Part shown: in pieces, positions 10,938-21,321 of the stretch
How the letters are laid out: the number at the start of each line of letters is the position of its first letter
Numbering within the stretch: position 1 is the stretch's first letter
NCBI GenBank assembly: GCA_963735595.1
Contig: CAVTLK010000002.1
Span: 64,001 to 128,000 of the forward strand
Reading direction: 5' to 3'
DNA: 64,000 bases
Source: an uncultured delta proteobacterium
Lineage (GTDB): Bacteria > Desulfobacterota > Zymogenia > Zymogenales > Zymogenaceae
Notes under the pieces: model-generated
Told to the model about the DNA's origin: nothing
Database searches by the model: none
Seen by the model: only the letters and a program-made list of their open reading frames with translations
Translations under genes and position numbers: made by a program

Positions 10938-10995
10938 GATACCTTCTTAAAGGTGGACGGACACCGTGCCTGGCCGGTATTGTAAATTACCTATG

Positions 10996-11349
10996 CTAAT
11001 TACCCGGCAACAGCCGCCACGCGAGAAACGCAGCGGCGAGGAGCAGTACCGCCCCCAGCCACGGGACGATCACCGTGAAGACACCGGTCCTGAGACACAG
11101 CGCCATGATCGGAAGTGCTAAGACGGCATACATAGCCAGCCAGAGCGGGAGGCTTGCACCGACGGAGTCCCGCGCGAACGAGACTGCCAACAGAAGCGCA
11201 AACCCGGAGGTTAGTGCGGCGAAGAAAGCGCGCGGCAGCGAGGTTGCCCGGATACGTCCCAGCCGTGCCCCGAAGTAGATCACGGCGGTTTCGGCCGCGA
11301 TCCACAGGAGGAAGACGGTAAGACCGATAAAGAATGCCCTTTCCTGCAT
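10996..11349 (-). CDS. Small four-TM membrane protein of unknown function
   Basis: Four hydrophobic segments; co-oriented with its neighbours. Confidence 0.65.
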   Translation of the reverse strand: MQERAFFIGLTVFLLWIAAETAVIYFGARLGRIRATSLPRAFFAALTSGFALLLAVSFARDSVGASLPLWLAMYAVLALPIMALCLRTGVFTVIVPWLGAVLLLAAAFLAWRLLPGN

Positions 11350-11396
11350 GGTAGTAGTCCTGGGGGTCGAATAGGAAAGACAGTGTCCCGTAATTC

Positions 11397-12188
11397 CTAA
11401 TCCCGAACGTATATCTGTGCCGGGTGGGTGACCGTGATCGATGGGCCGTTTCTCTCGTTGATCGTACCGGTTACCTCGATCTCCCTGCCCCGGTAGGCCA
11501 CGGTGGGGTCGGCGCCCGCGGTCCCGAAATAAACCTGGAGGTACTGCGTCGGTACGAAGGCGGTAAAATCGGTTTTGAAGTCTGTACCGAAGTTTAGAAA
11601 CAAGCCCGGCGCGGCGATCTTTGCCGAGAGCACCCGCCCCGCGACGGTCTTGGACTCTCCGACGAATCGGGCCGCGTCATCGTCCCGGACCATCCAGCGG
11701 CCGGTGTCGGCCCAGAGGCCCTTTCCCTCGCTCCGGGCCGTCTCCATCGCGGCCGAAAGCTCCTTCTGGTGATTCAGGTTCGGCGGATAGGGGACGGCCA
11801 GCGCGGAGCCGGCAAGCACCATCTCACGGTTTATCATGGTATCGCCGTCATACACGTAGGCAAGCGTCCTGCCATAGCGGTCTTCTGTCTCGACATCGAA
11901 CTCGAGCCTGACCTCGTTCCCCTCAACGAGCCGCTCGTTGAGCTCCGCCGCCGCACTCCCCCCGTATTCGGCGGGGCGGTTGCCGCCGGTCTCGGGCGCG
12001 TCGATGCCGATGTAGCGGACCTCGCGGCCGTCGGAAAGCAGGAGGCTGTCACCGTCAAAGACCTTTGACACGACAACGCCCTCCTCCGGGGTACGTAGAA
12101 AAGAAATGACCCCGGCCGCGGAGGCGGCAAGGGCCAGAAGGACGATCAGGATAATGACAGGCGGGGCCTTTCTGCTTAGGCGTCTCAT
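11397..12188 (-). CDS. Membrane-anchored thermonuclease (SNase) family protein with a C-terminal OB-fold-like domain
   Basis: VFDGDS, VRYIGIDAPE, DRYGRTLAYVY and GKGLW motifs; N-terminal TM segment. Confidence 0.9.
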   Translation of the reverse strand: MRRLSRKAPPVIILIVLLALAASAAGVISFLRTPEEGVVVSKVFDGDSLLLSDGREVRYIGIDAPETGGNRPAEYGGSAAAELNERLVEGNEVRLEFDVETEDRYGRTLAYVYDGDTMINREMVLAGSALAVPYPPNLNHQKELSAAMETARSEGKGLWADTGRWMVRDDDAARFVGESKTVAGRVLSAKIAAPGLFLNFGTDFKTDFTAFVPTQYLQVYFGTAGADPTVAYRGREIEVTGTINERNGPSITVTHPAQIYVRD

Positions 12189-12192
12189 TGTA

Positions 12193-14175
12193 TCAGCGGT
12201 TGGTCCCCGGCACCTCGATGATCATGAGGTTCTTCTTGCTTTCGGTCGGCAACTCGGCGGCGATCGCCACGCCTTCCTCGGGCTGTTCGGTAATGCTCAT
12301 CAGCGCATCGGTCCTGGCCTCCACGACGGTCAGGATGAACGGCTCCTTGGTGGACTCGCCCGTCCGGTCGATGGTGGTGCTGCCGGTGACGCCCTCCCAG
12401 TCCCTCACCGACAGGAGCGAGAGACGCATGTCGTTGCGGTTCCTGATGCCCTGGGTCTTGACCAGGTACTGGATGATCTTGATGGTATCGTACCCGTAGG
12501 CCTCCAGAACGCCCGGTTCCCGGCCGAATGCGGTCTTGAAATCGTCGACAAACCGCTTGACCTCAGGGCGGTCGCTGTTGGGGCAGAAGGCGTCGGGGAA
12601 ATAGGCGCCGACCAGCGCGTCGCCGCCGATCGAAAGGAGGCCGGGGTCATTCCAGCCGTCGGTGCCGATCAGCGTGACGTTCTTGAGGTTATAGTAGGAG
12701 ACATACGGGACGATCATCCCGACCATGCTATAGTAATCGGGGATAAACAGTGCGTCAAACGCCGGTTTGCTCCGGTCTCCTCCGGCCGCGCCTATCAGAT
12801 CTCTCATCGTCGCTCGGAAATCGGCGGTCTCGCCCGCGTAGGTTGTCTCGGCGACAACCCTGGCGCCGTAGTAGCCCACTTCCCGGGAAAACAACTCCTT
12901 CATCTCCCGGCCGTAGGCGTCGTCGGGATAGAGGACCGCAAAGCGGGTGAGCCCGCGCCCCTGCACGACGTAACGCACCAGGCCGCGGATCTCGTCGGGG
13001 TTGGTGAGGAAGTTCCTGAAGACATAATCGCCGATGCCGGTGATATCCTGGGTCCTGGTAAGCGTGATGATGGGGATCTGCCGCTCCTGGGCCTCTTTTG
13101 CGGCGGCGATAGCGCTTTCTTTTGCCATCGGCCCGACGATGACCATGACGTCGTTATCCCGGGCAAGGTCGGTCACGGCGTAGGTGGCCGAGCCGGCATT
13201 GTCGCCACAGTCCTTGATAACCAGCTTTACCCGCGGGCCGTCGGTAAAGCCCATATCGCCGGCGGCAAGTTTCATCCCGTCGCGCGCCATGATCCCGAAC
13301 GATGAGTTGCGTCCGGACAGAGGCAGGATTACCCCGACGGTGATTGCCCCGGTCACCCCGGTGCCTGCCGTCTCCTTGAGCATCCCCTGGGCCTTGTAGT
13401 AATATTCGTGATCCGGCTGGTTTCGGACGATCTTCAAGAGCTGCTCGTGGGCCGCCCCGATCTCGCCACGGTCTATATATAACTGCGCCAGGGCAAACGC
13501 GGCGTAGCTGCCGGCGTCTTTGCCGACCAGGCCGTCCGATATCCAGGCCAGCTCATCCTCGGAAAGGTATTTCTCGACGATGTATTTGACATTGGTCTTT
13601 GCATCGGATTTTACCGCCGCGTCCGAAGTGCTGTCTCCAGCCTTCGTGAACCAAGAGATCGAGGAGTAGTAGTCCCCGATCATGAGATAGCTTTTTGCCA
13701 GCAGCATGTAGGTCGTGGTCTTGTCGGTACCGGCCGAGGGTTTTGCGGCCAGCGGTTTGAGGATCTCGGCTGCGTCGGTATATTTTCCCGATTTGAAATA
13801 CGTATAGCCGAGCTTGTAGCGGGCCTCATCGTAGCTGTCGGAGTTTACGTAATCACCGACGGCCTTGAGATAAAGGTTGCTCGCGGAGTTGAGGTCTCCC
13901 GAGGCCAGGTAGATATCCCCGGCGCGGACGAGGGCGTTATCGGTCAGGGAGTTACGCTCATAGGTATTGATGTATGCAAGGTACTCCTTGAGCGCCTGGG
14001 CGTACGAGCCGCTCTTGAAGTCCTGTTCAGCCTTTAAAAAGGCCTGCGACATCTCCGCGGACGGCGCCGCCGATGTCGATATATCCCGGGGGCCGGTCAT
14101 GGTAACGCAGGAGGCCGCAAAGATCAGGACGGATGCGATGCACGCCGCCACCCATAGTCTTTTTATTGTGTTCAT
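12193..14175 (-). CDS. Lipoprotein with TPR repeats and a type I periplasmic-binding domain (LpoA-like PBP activator family)
   Basis: Lipobox FAASC; BamD-like TPRs; VGVILPLSG, IVGP, FDALFIPD and EAYGYD motifs. Confidence 0.8.
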   Translation of the reverse strand: MNTIKRLWVAACIASVLIFAASCVTMTGPRDISTSAAPSAEMSQAFLKAEQDFKSGSYAQALKEYLAYINTYERNSLTDNALVRAGDIYLASGDLNSASNLYLKAVGDYVNSDSYDEARYKLGYTYFKSGKYTDAAEILKPLAAKPSAGTDKTTTYMLLAKSYLMIGDYYSSISWFTKAGDSTSDAAVKSDAKTNVKYIVEKYLSEDELAWISDGLVGKDAGSYAAFALAQLYIDRGEIGAAHEQLLKIVRNQPDHEYYYKAQGMLKETAGTGVTGAITVGVILPLSGRNSSFGIMARDGMKLAAGDMGFTDGPRVKLVIKDCGDNAGSATYAVTDLARDNDVMVIVGPMAKESAIAAAKEAQERQIPIITLTRTQDITGIGDYVFRNFLTNPDEIRGLVRYVVQGRGLTRFAVLYPDDAYGREMKELFSREVGYYGARVVAETTYAGETADFRATMRDLIGAAGGDRSKPAFDALFIPDYYSMVGMIVPYVSYYNLKNVTLIGTDGWNDPGLLSIGGDALVGAYFPDAFCPNSDRPEVKRFVDDFKTAFGREPGVLEAYGYDTIKIIQYLVKTQGIRNRNDMRLSLLSVRDWEGVTGSTTIDRTGESTKEPFILTVVEARTDALMSITEQPEEGVAIAAELPTESKKNLMIIEVPGTNR

Positions 14176-14351
14176 CGGGTGTTCCTTCCGTAGTAATTCC
14201 ATAAATATATCATATTACCCCGCGTAAATCTACTGTAAACAACTTCACTGTTCGTTTTGACCGTTTTAGCCTTGACATGTTCCCGCTTCTGCTTTTTAAT
14301 TAAAATAGCAGATAGACACGAGGCCGGCTTGTCGGCGACAGGGAGAGGAAA

Positions 14352-15236
14352 ATGAGAAAAAAGCTCGCGGTATCCGGCTTGGGTTCGAGTGCCGGGCGCC
14401 TGCCGGTCGCCCTTGCCTTGATATGGCTGTTGCTGATGGTCTCCCCGGCCGCCGGCGCGGAGCCGATCCCGGCCGCCGCTGGCCCGGTAACCGAGGGGCT
14501 TTCCCGGGTGTGGGAAATCGTCCCCGCGAACCCGAATGACTTCACCTTCGCCGTCATCGGCGACAATCAGGGCAGCACCACCGTCTTCCCGCGCCTCCTT
14601 GCCCAGATCAGCACGGACCCGGACATCCTGTTTGCCGTCTCCACGGGTGACACCGTAACCGATGGAACGAGTCGGCGGTTCGAAATCTTCTTCTGGCAGG
14701 TGTCCCGCTATCTTACCAAGCCCCTCATCTTAACCGCGAGCAACCATGAGCTTTCCCGTGGCGCGGCCCTCTACGAATCGGTCGTGGGCCGCCGTAACTA
14801 CTCCTTTACGTTCGGGGAGGTCTACTTTATTGTTATAGACAACGCAAGCGCAAGCCGGATGGACTGGATTTTTGAGGAATGGCTCGCGAAAGAGCTTGAT
14901 GCGGCCGACCGATATGCGGCGACGCTGGTTTTTATGCACGTCCCCCTGTATGACCCGCCCGGATCGGGCATACGTCACAGCATGGGAGAAAAGACGGCGG
15001 AGCGGCTGATGAATATATTCAGGGGCCGGCGAATCACGCACATCTTTTGTTCTCACATACACGGCTACTTTACCGGAGACTGGGAAGGGATACCGTATAC
15101 GATCTCCGGAGGCGGGGGTGCGCCGCTCGTCGGCACCGACCCGGTCCACTTTTTCTATCATTACCTCAAAGTGCGTGTGGAAGACGGAACGGTAACGTAC
15201 GAGCCGGTGCCGGCGGCGCCGACCTGGAGGCGGTGA
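14352..15236 (+). CDS. Secreted calcineurin-like metallophosphoesterase
   Basis: Signal peptide; GDNQ, GD, SNHE, FMHVP and SHIH metal motifs. Confidence 0.85.
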   Translation: MRKKLAVSGLGSSAGRLPVALALIWLLLMVSPAAGAEPIPAAAGPVTEGLSRVWEIVPANPNDFTFAVIGDNQGSTTVFPRLLAQISTDPDILFAVSTGDTVTDGTSRRFEIFFWQVSRYLTKPLILTASNHELSRGAALYESVVGRRNYSFTFGEVYFIVIDNASASRMDWIFEEWLAKELDAADRYAATLVFMHVPLYDPPGSGIRHSMGEKTAERLMNIFRGRRITHIFCSHIHGYFTGDWEGIPYTISGGGGAPLVGTDPVHFFYHYLKVRVEDGTVTYEPVPAAPTWRR

Positions 15237-16435
15237 TGTCAGAAAGCAGTCCTGCAGCTGAAAAGAAAAAGGGACAAAATAATATCTTCTTCCTCGGATT
15301 GGTCAGCTTCTTCAACGATTTCGCCTCAGATATGATCTATCCTCTCCTGCCGCTCTTTCTCACGACGGTACTGAAAGCCGGGGCGGCATCTATCGGGGTC
15401 ATCGAGGGCGTTGCCGAGACGACGGCCTCCTTGCTGAAATTTTTTTCGGGTTACTGGTCGGACAAGTACCGGCGAAGAAAGCCGATATTCGCCTCGGGAT
15501 ACGCCCTTTCCAACACGATACGGCCCCTGATGGGAGTGGCGGGCTCGTGGTGGCACGTGCTGCTTTTGCGCTTCTCGGACCGGATCGGCAAGGGAATCCG
15601 CACCGCCCCCCGGGACGCGCTGATGGCCGATTCGGCCGGCGACGGTAAGCGGGGCCTCGTTTTCGGTTTTCAGCGGGCCATGGACAACGCCGGGGCGATC
15701 ATGGGCCCGCTTGCCGCCGCGCTGCTGCTGCCGCTATTGCACAACGACCTCAGGACGCTCTTTTTTCTCTCGGCTATTCCCGGGGTGCTGGCGCTGATCC
15801 TTGTATTCTTCTTCGTCAGGGAGGTGCGGCCGAAGAAATCCGCCGCGCGGCTGTCTATCAGGGACGGGCTTGCCGGGGTGGACCCTAACTTCAGGTACTA
15901 CCTCGTGGTTGTCCTCTTATTTACCCTCGGTAACTCCTCGGACGCCTTCCTGCTCCTCAGGGCGTCGTCCGCCGGCATCCCGGCGGCCTTGATCCCTATC
16001 CTCTGGATGGTGCTGCATATCGTTAAGACGGTCACGGGGATTCCCGGGGGGTACATTTCGGACAAAATAGGACGCAAGAAGGTCATCATCTCGGGGTGGG
16101 TGGTCTATGCAGCGATCTATGTCGCGTTCGCGTTCGTGACGACGAGCACCGGCATATGGATTCTCTTCGGGCTTTACGGCATCTATTTCGGCCTTACCGA
16201 AGGGGCCGAGCGGGCGCTGGTGGCCGATCTTGTCGGCGAGGACCGGCGGGGCACCGCATACGGCCTCTTTAACCTGACGGTGGGGATAGGGGCGCTTCCC
16301 TCAAGCATCATCTTCGGCATCATCTGGCAGTACGCGGGATTCGGTTACGCCTTCATCATGGGGGCCGGGTTTGCGCTGCTGGCCTCCATACTGCTCCTGT
16401 TCGTCCGACCTCATCGCCCTAATGGGCCGGCGTGA
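15236..16435 (+). CDS. MFS transporter
   Basis: About 12 TM segments; GYWSDKYRRRK and GYISDKIGRKK motif A; DRIGKGIRTAPRDAL; TGATG coupling to the upstream gene. Confidence 0.92.
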   Translation: MSESSPAAEKKKGQNNIFFLGLVSFFNDFASDMIYPLLPLFLTTVLKAGAASIGVIEGVAETTASLLKFFSGYWSDKYRRRKPIFASGYALSNTIRPLMGVAGSWWHVLLLRFSDRIGKGIRTAPRDALMADSAGDGKRGLVFGFQRAMDNAGAIMGPLAAALLLPLLHNDLRTLFFLSAIPGVLALILVFFFVREVRPKKSAARLSIRDGLAGVDPNFRYYLVVVLLFTLGNSSDAFLLLRASSAGIPAALIPILWMVLHIVKTVTGIPGGYISDKIGRKKVIISGWVVYAAIYVAFAFVTTSTGIWILFGLYGIYFGLTEGAERALVADLVGEDRRGTAYGLFNLTVGIGALPSSIIFGIIWQYAGFGYAFIMGAGFALLASILLLFVRPHRPNGPA

Positions 16436-19070
16436 TGATGGTGAGGACCGAGTTTTGCTGATCGAGGTAGGTCTCGGCGACGCGCCTCACGTCCGATTCG
16501 GAGACCGCGTCTATCTTCTCGGGATAGCGCCGGAAGAAATCATACCCAAGCCCATAGAGCTCATCTGCGGCCATTAGCGAGGCGGTGTCGAGGTTCGTCT
16601 GCAGGGAAAGCTCGAAATTACCGATAAGGTAGTTTTTGGCCCGGGAAAGCTCATCGGGAGTTATCCCCTCGTCCCTGATTCTCAGCAGCTCCTTCTTGAT
16701 TCCGCCGACTGCCGCCGGCAGGTTCTTGGGTGCGGTCGCCATGTACACCCCGAAAAACCCGGGGGCGACACCGCCGACGGAAAACGCTTCGACTGCGTAG
16801 GCCAGCCCCTGCCGTTCGCGCAACTCCATGAACATCCGTCCCCCCATGCCGGAGAGCACGGCCGTGAGCACCTCCATGCCGTAGTAGTCGTCCGACAGGT
16901 AGTCTGTGCCCAGAAATCCGTACATTATGTGGGCCTGTTCCTTGCCGGCTTCAGTCTCACTGATCCGAATGGGGGAGGCGGACCTTACGGCCGGCCCGGG
17001 CTCGGGGGCGGTGGGTGCGGACGCCGATAGATCGCCGAAAAGATCATAAATCCGCCCCAGGACTTCGTCCGGGTCTACGTCGCCGACTACCGAGATGACC
17101 ATGCGCTCGGGGTTGGCCGCACGCCGATAGTATGCAACCAGATCGCTCCGGGAGATCGACGCCAGACTCTCCTTGGTCCCGAGAAGGGGCAGCGCGTACG
17201 GATAGCCGCGGTAGAGGGTCTTCTTGAAGAGATTAATGGTCCGCTGGACGAGATCATCCTTGCCCCGGTCGATGGCGGCCCCTACGATCTCCTTTACCTT
17301 GTCCATCTCGTCGGTATCGAACGAGGGGTTGCGCAGGATATCGGCAACGATCTGCCAGCCGTCATCCTGATACGCGGTGAGAAACTGGGCCTTGAGCCCA
17401 AGTGAGTCACGTCCCGAAAAACCGCCTACGTCGGCGGCGATCCGGTCGATACGCTCGGAAAGGGCCTGCGCGGTGAGGCGGGTTGTCCCGCGGGTCAGCA
17501 TCATGGCGGTGAGGTTGCCGATGCCGTTATTTTCGGAGGTTTCGTATCGAACACCGCCGTCGAAAACCGCTGCCACGGAAACGATGGGCAGCGAATGATC
17601 CTCCTTGATGACCAGACGGATGCCGTTTGGAAGGACCGCCTTATAGCCGGCCGGGGGGCCGGCAACGAGATCGGGGAAATCACCCCCGGACACCGCCGGC
17701 GCCCTGAAGGCGGCCAGCGCCGCTGCCTTGATTTCCTCGTCCGATACGACTTTCGCGTCTGATGAAGGGACGAGGTAGACGATGGTCACATTACGGGCGG
17801 TCAGGTATTTTTTCGCCGCCCTCATGATGTCGTCGGTGGTCAGGGCTTTTATCCCTTTGAGGTAGTGCTTCTCGAAATCGAGCGTCCCCGTGGCGGTTTC
17901 GTAAAACCCCAGCGCACGGGCGCGGCCGCCGTAGGTCTCCTTGTTGAAGATGAAATCCGCGGTGGTACCGGTAACGGCCTTCGCGAGCTCGTCTGCTGCG
18001 GCCGGCTCGTGAGATAGGCGCGAAACTTCGCGGATTATCGCCTCGATCGCCGGTACTATCTTCTCTTCGTCAAGGGTTGCCGTTATAAAGAAGAGCCCCG
18101 CCTTTTTCGGAGTGTAAGAGTACGAGCCGATCGAATAGGCCAGCCCCGTATCCACTACGGCCCGGTAGAGGCGCGAGTCCCTCCCGGTGCCGAGGATAAA
18201 CGACGATACGTCGAGCGTAAACAGGTCGTCGTGGGTGATGGGGATCGCATTGAAGGCGACGTAGATCGACGCCGTGTGTACGGGTTTCGTGAGCCCGGCG
18301 ATTACGGGGCCGGCGTTGATGGGGCAGGCGGCAAACGTGTCTGGAGGCCCATCGGAGGGCGCGGCGGCGCCCAGATATTGCCGAATCATGGGCTTTACGG
18401 CGGCGGGATCAAAATCACCGACCAGTACCGTAACCATGTTGTCCGGCCGGTAATGGGTCGAATAATATCGGTACAGGTCATCCCGGGTATAAGCGGTAAT
18501 CTTCTCCATCGTCCCGATGACCGGTTTTCCGTAGGGGTGGCCGACAAACGCCTTCTCGAACAACAGCTCGGAGAGGCGGTCTTTGGGGTCATCGAGCCCC
18601 ATTCGAATCTCCTCGAGGATCACCTGCCGCTCACGCTCAACCTCGCCCGGGTCAAACAGGGGGGTGAGTGCCGTTTCCGACACGACCCTGATCATGGTCT
18701 CAACGAACCGCGAGGCGACGGTCGCGGTAATAACCGTATTGTCCATGTCGGTATAGGCGTTGATATTGCCGCCGGACGCCTCGATGAGGGAGGCCCCCTC
18801 TCCCGGCTTCAGATTAACGGAGCCGTCAAAGAGGAGGTGCTCGATGAAATGGGACGTCCCCGATTCCGAATCAAGTTCGTTACACGCGCCGACGTTGACC
18901 CAGATATTCATGGATACGGCCGGCGTTGAGTTGTCAGGTGCGAGGATCACGACCATACCGTTCGGCAGGGTATAACGGTCGACCTCGCCGCAGAGGCCGG
19001 CCGGGGCCAACAGGAAGATTATCAGAATACCGATGACGGCAAAAAGTCCGGAAAATCTCCACTGGTTCAT
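16419..19070 (-). CDS. M16 family (pitrilysin/insulinase-like) zinc peptidase, double-length, secreted
   Basis: HFIEH inverted zincin motif; second M16 half lacks it; signal peptide; GAGGAGG RBS. Confidence 0.92.
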   Translation of the reverse strand: MNQWRFSGLFAVIGILIIFLLAPAGLCGEVDRYTLPNGMVVILAPDNSTPAVSMNIWVNVGACNELDSESGTSHFIEHLLFDGSVNLKPGEGASLIEASGGNINAYTDMDNTVITATVASRFVETMIRVVSETALTPLFDPGEVERERQVILEEIRMGLDDPKDRLSELLFEKAFVGHPYGKPVIGTMEKITAYTRDDLYRYYSTHYRPDNMVTVLVGDFDPAAVKPMIRQYLGAAAPSDGPPDTFAACPINAGPVIAGLTKPVHTASIYVAFNAIPITHDDLFTLDVSSFILGTGRDSRLYRAVVDTGLAYSIGSYSYTPKKAGLFFITATLDEEKIVPAIEAIIREVSRLSHEPAAADELAKAVTGTTADFIFNKETYGGRARALGFYETATGTLDFEKHYLKGIKALTTDDIMRAAKKYLTARNVTIVYLVPSSDAKVVSDEEIKAAALAAFRAPAVSGGDFPDLVAGPPAGYKAVLPNGIRLVIKEDHSLPIVSVAAVFDGGVRYETSENNGIGNLTAMMLTRGTTRLTAQALSERIDRIAADVGGFSGRDSLGLKAQFLTAYQDDGWQIVADILRNPSFDTDEMDKVKEIVGAAIDRGKDDLVQRTINLFKKTLYRGYPYALPLLGTKESLASISRSDLVAYYRRAANPERMVISVVGDVDPDEVLGRIYDLFGDLSASAPTAPEPGPAVRSASPIRISETEAGKEQAHIMYGFLGTDYLSDDYYGMEVLTAVLSGMGGRMFMELRERQGLAYAVEAFSVGGVAPGFFGVYMATAPKNLPAAVGGIKKELLRIRDEGITPDELSRAKNYLIGNFELSLQTNLDTASLMAADELYGLGYDFFRRYPEKIDAVSESDVRRVAETYLDQQNSVLTIITPAH

Positions 19071-19183
19071 AGATTACCTCCTCTCTATAATGATAGGGCC
19101 GTTTCGGCCGAAAGTAAAACGAAAAATATAGCCTTGACAGTCCATCCAAAAGAACCTATTATACTAAATGTGAAGGAGGCGCG

Positions 19184-19447
19184 ATGTTTGGACTTTCCGG
19201 CCAAGAGCTGCTGCTTATCGTCATACTTGCGCTCGTCGTCCTCGGGCCCAAAAAGCTTCCTGAAGTGGCCAAGACACTCGGAAAAGGTTACCAGGAGCTG
19301 AGAAAGGCTATGGACGGGGTGAAGGGGACGGTAAACGTCAACGATGTCTTCACCAACATGATGAAGGATGACGCCGAGCGCACTACCGACAAGCGCGACG
19401 ACGGTACGCACTCGAAACGGGAACATGACCGGCAGCACAAGGGATAG
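19184..19447 (+). CDS. Twin-arginine translocase TatA/TatB subunit
   Basis: MFGLSGQELLLIVILALVVLGPKKLPEVA; directly upstream of tatC. Confidence 0.9.
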   Translation: MFGLSGQELLLIVILALVVLGPKKLPEVAKTLGKGYQELRKAMDGVKGTVNVNDVFTNMMKDDAERTTDKRDDGTHSKREHDRQHKG

Positions 19448-19474
19448 GCACAGAGAAGCGAAAGGGGGGAGGTC

Positions 19475-20281
19475 TTGGCTGAAAAGGAGAACAACGGCGA
19501 TAACGTAACTATGAGCATCCTCGAACACCTCGAGGAGCTGCGCTCACGACTCATAAAGATCCTTATTTCGGCCGGTATCGGATTTGGTATCGGCTATTAC
19601 TTTGCCGAAAGCATCTTCGGCTGGCTCATCAAGCCGCTTACCGACGTCCTGCCCAAGGGGACGAGCCTCATCTTCACCAGCATCACCGAGGCCTTCTTTA
19701 CCTACCTCAAGGTTGGGTTGCTGGCCGGCGTCTTTATCGCCTCTCCCTTCATACTCTACCAGATATGGGCCTTTATCTCCCCGGGTCTCTACAAAAAGGA
19801 GAGGCGGGCGCTTATCCCCGTAACGGTCGTATCGGTCATTCTCTTTGTTGCCGGGGCGGCTTTCGGGTACTTCGTCGTATTTCCCTTCGGCTTTAAGTTC
19901 CTGATTGCCAACTATACCACCGACGTGATCAGGCCGATGCCGACGATGAGGGAATACTTCTCTCTGGTAACGTGGATGCTCCTTGCCTTCGGGGCTATAT
20001 TCGAGCTGCCTGTGGTGATCTTTCTCCTGGCCCGATTCGGGATCGTCGGCCACAAGGGGCTGAGGAAGTTTCGCCGATACGCATTCCTGGGCGCCTTTAT
20101 CCTGGGGGCGATCCTGACGCCGACCCCCGACGTCTTTAACCAGGCCATGATGGCCGGGCCGCTGATTATCCTGTACGAGATCAGCATCTGGGTGGCCTAT
20201 TTCTTCGGGAAGAAGAAGGAAACGACGGCGGAAGAACGTGAAGATACGGCGGCCGCCGCCGAAGACGGAGAAGAGAAATGA
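19475..20281 (+). CDS. tatC: Twin-arginine translocase subunit TatC
   Basis: HLEELRSRL, YQIWAFISPGLY, FELP and TPTPD motifs; TTG start after GGAGG. Confidence 0.96.
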   Translation: MAEKENNGDNVTMSILEHLEELRSRLIKILISAGIGFGIGYYFAESIFGWLIKPLTDVLPKGTSLIFTSITEAFFTYLKVGLLAGVFIASPFILYQIWAFISPGLYKKERRALIPVTVVSVILFVAGAAFGYFVVFPFGFKFLIANYTTDVIRPMPTMREYFSLVTWMLLAFGAIFELPVVIFLLARFGIVGHKGLRKFRRYAFLGAFILGAILTPTPDVFNQAMMAGPLIILYEISIWVAYFFGKKKETTAEEREDTAAAAEDGEEK

Positions 20282-21027
20282 ACGCCGAAGGGAGCCGCGT
20301 CGTCTTTATCCCCGACGCCCACCTGCACGACCCCGCCGACGACGACTACCGGGATATGTCGGCGTTTCTCGATGAGTTGATCGGCCGCCTCGGGTACTCG
20401 GATACCCTCATCATCATGGGCGACCTGTTCGATTTCTGGGTCGGATTTCGCTCGGTTGTTCCCTATCGCTACCTCCCGATACTCAGCCGCCTTCATAGGC
20501 TTTCGGCCTGCGGCGTCTCCATCCATTACACCGAGGGCAACCACGATTTTTCCGTGGGCCCGTTTTTCACCGATTTTATACGCGCGCAGGTACATACCGG
20601 CCCATGGGAGCTTACCCACTCCGGAGTGCGCATCTACGTGGCACACGGCGACCAGGTCAATCAACGGGACCGGGGCTATCGGCTCCTCAGGCTGGTACTG
20701 CGCAGCCTGCCGGTTCGGTTCGTCCGTCATCTCATTCCCCCCTTCATTATCGAACGGGTGGCCCGCGCCATGAGCCGTGCGAGCCGTGTCTATACCGACT
20801 CGAAGAAAGACGATAAGGAAGCGCTGGGCCGCGAATTCGCGGTTGCGCGGTTCTTCGAGGGATATGATGCCGTCGTGCTGGGCCATTTCCATTTTCCCGC
20901 CACCTGGGGGATGGAGTTAGATGGGCGGCGGCGTACGTACGTCAACACCGGCAGCTGGATGGATCGGCGTGAGTATGTAGAGCTCTGCGATGGGACGTTC
21001 AGACGTATAACCTACGGGGGGCAGTAG
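20278..21027 (+). CDS. lpxH: UDP-2,3-diacylglucosamine diphosphatase
   Basis: DAH, GDLFDFW, EGNHDF, AHGD, GHFH and NTGSW motifs. Confidence 0.82.
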   Translation: MNAEGSRVVFIPDAHLHDPADDDYRDMSAFLDELIGRLGYSDTLIIMGDLFDFWVGFRSVVPYRYLPILSRLHRLSACGVSIHYTEGNHDFSVGPFFTDFIRAQVHTGPWELTHSGVRIYVAHGDQVNQRDRGYRLLRLVLRSLPVRFVRHLIPPFIIERVARAMSRASRVYTDSKKDDKEALGREFAVARFFEGYDAVVLGHFHFPATWGMELDGRRRTYVNTGSWMDRREYVELCDGTFRRITYGGQ

Positions 21028-21051
21028 ACGGCCGTCCGGGCGAGGACGGGT

Positions 21052-21255
21052 GGGTGCAAAATAAGCAGTAAACCGCAGAACTATTTTGCACCCCTGTTTT
21101 TGACAGGATTCTTTGTAACTAACTGATATTACTTATCATTTCCCTTCCCGTCGCTTGCCGGCGTTTTCAAATCATTTAAATACCCTTCAATTATAACAGT
21201 ATATTATCTAATAATATCTATTACTTGCGTGATGCTGAATGGCACTATAGTTGCT
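21052..21255 (+). promoter_or_regulatory. Sigma54 promoter with an upstream inverted repeat and an IHF-like site
   Basis: TGGCAC-TATAG-TTGCT at 21240-21255 matches consensus. 12-bp inverted repeat GGGTGCAAAATA/TATTTTGCACCC at 21052-21093. TATCAG-TTAG-TTA on the minus strand at 21116-21128. Confidence 0.8.
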
Positions 21256-21321
21256 TTACTATTATGCAAGCAATTTTTGTAGATTATTTATAATCAGCGT
21301 TACGCAGAAGGAGATTTAGCC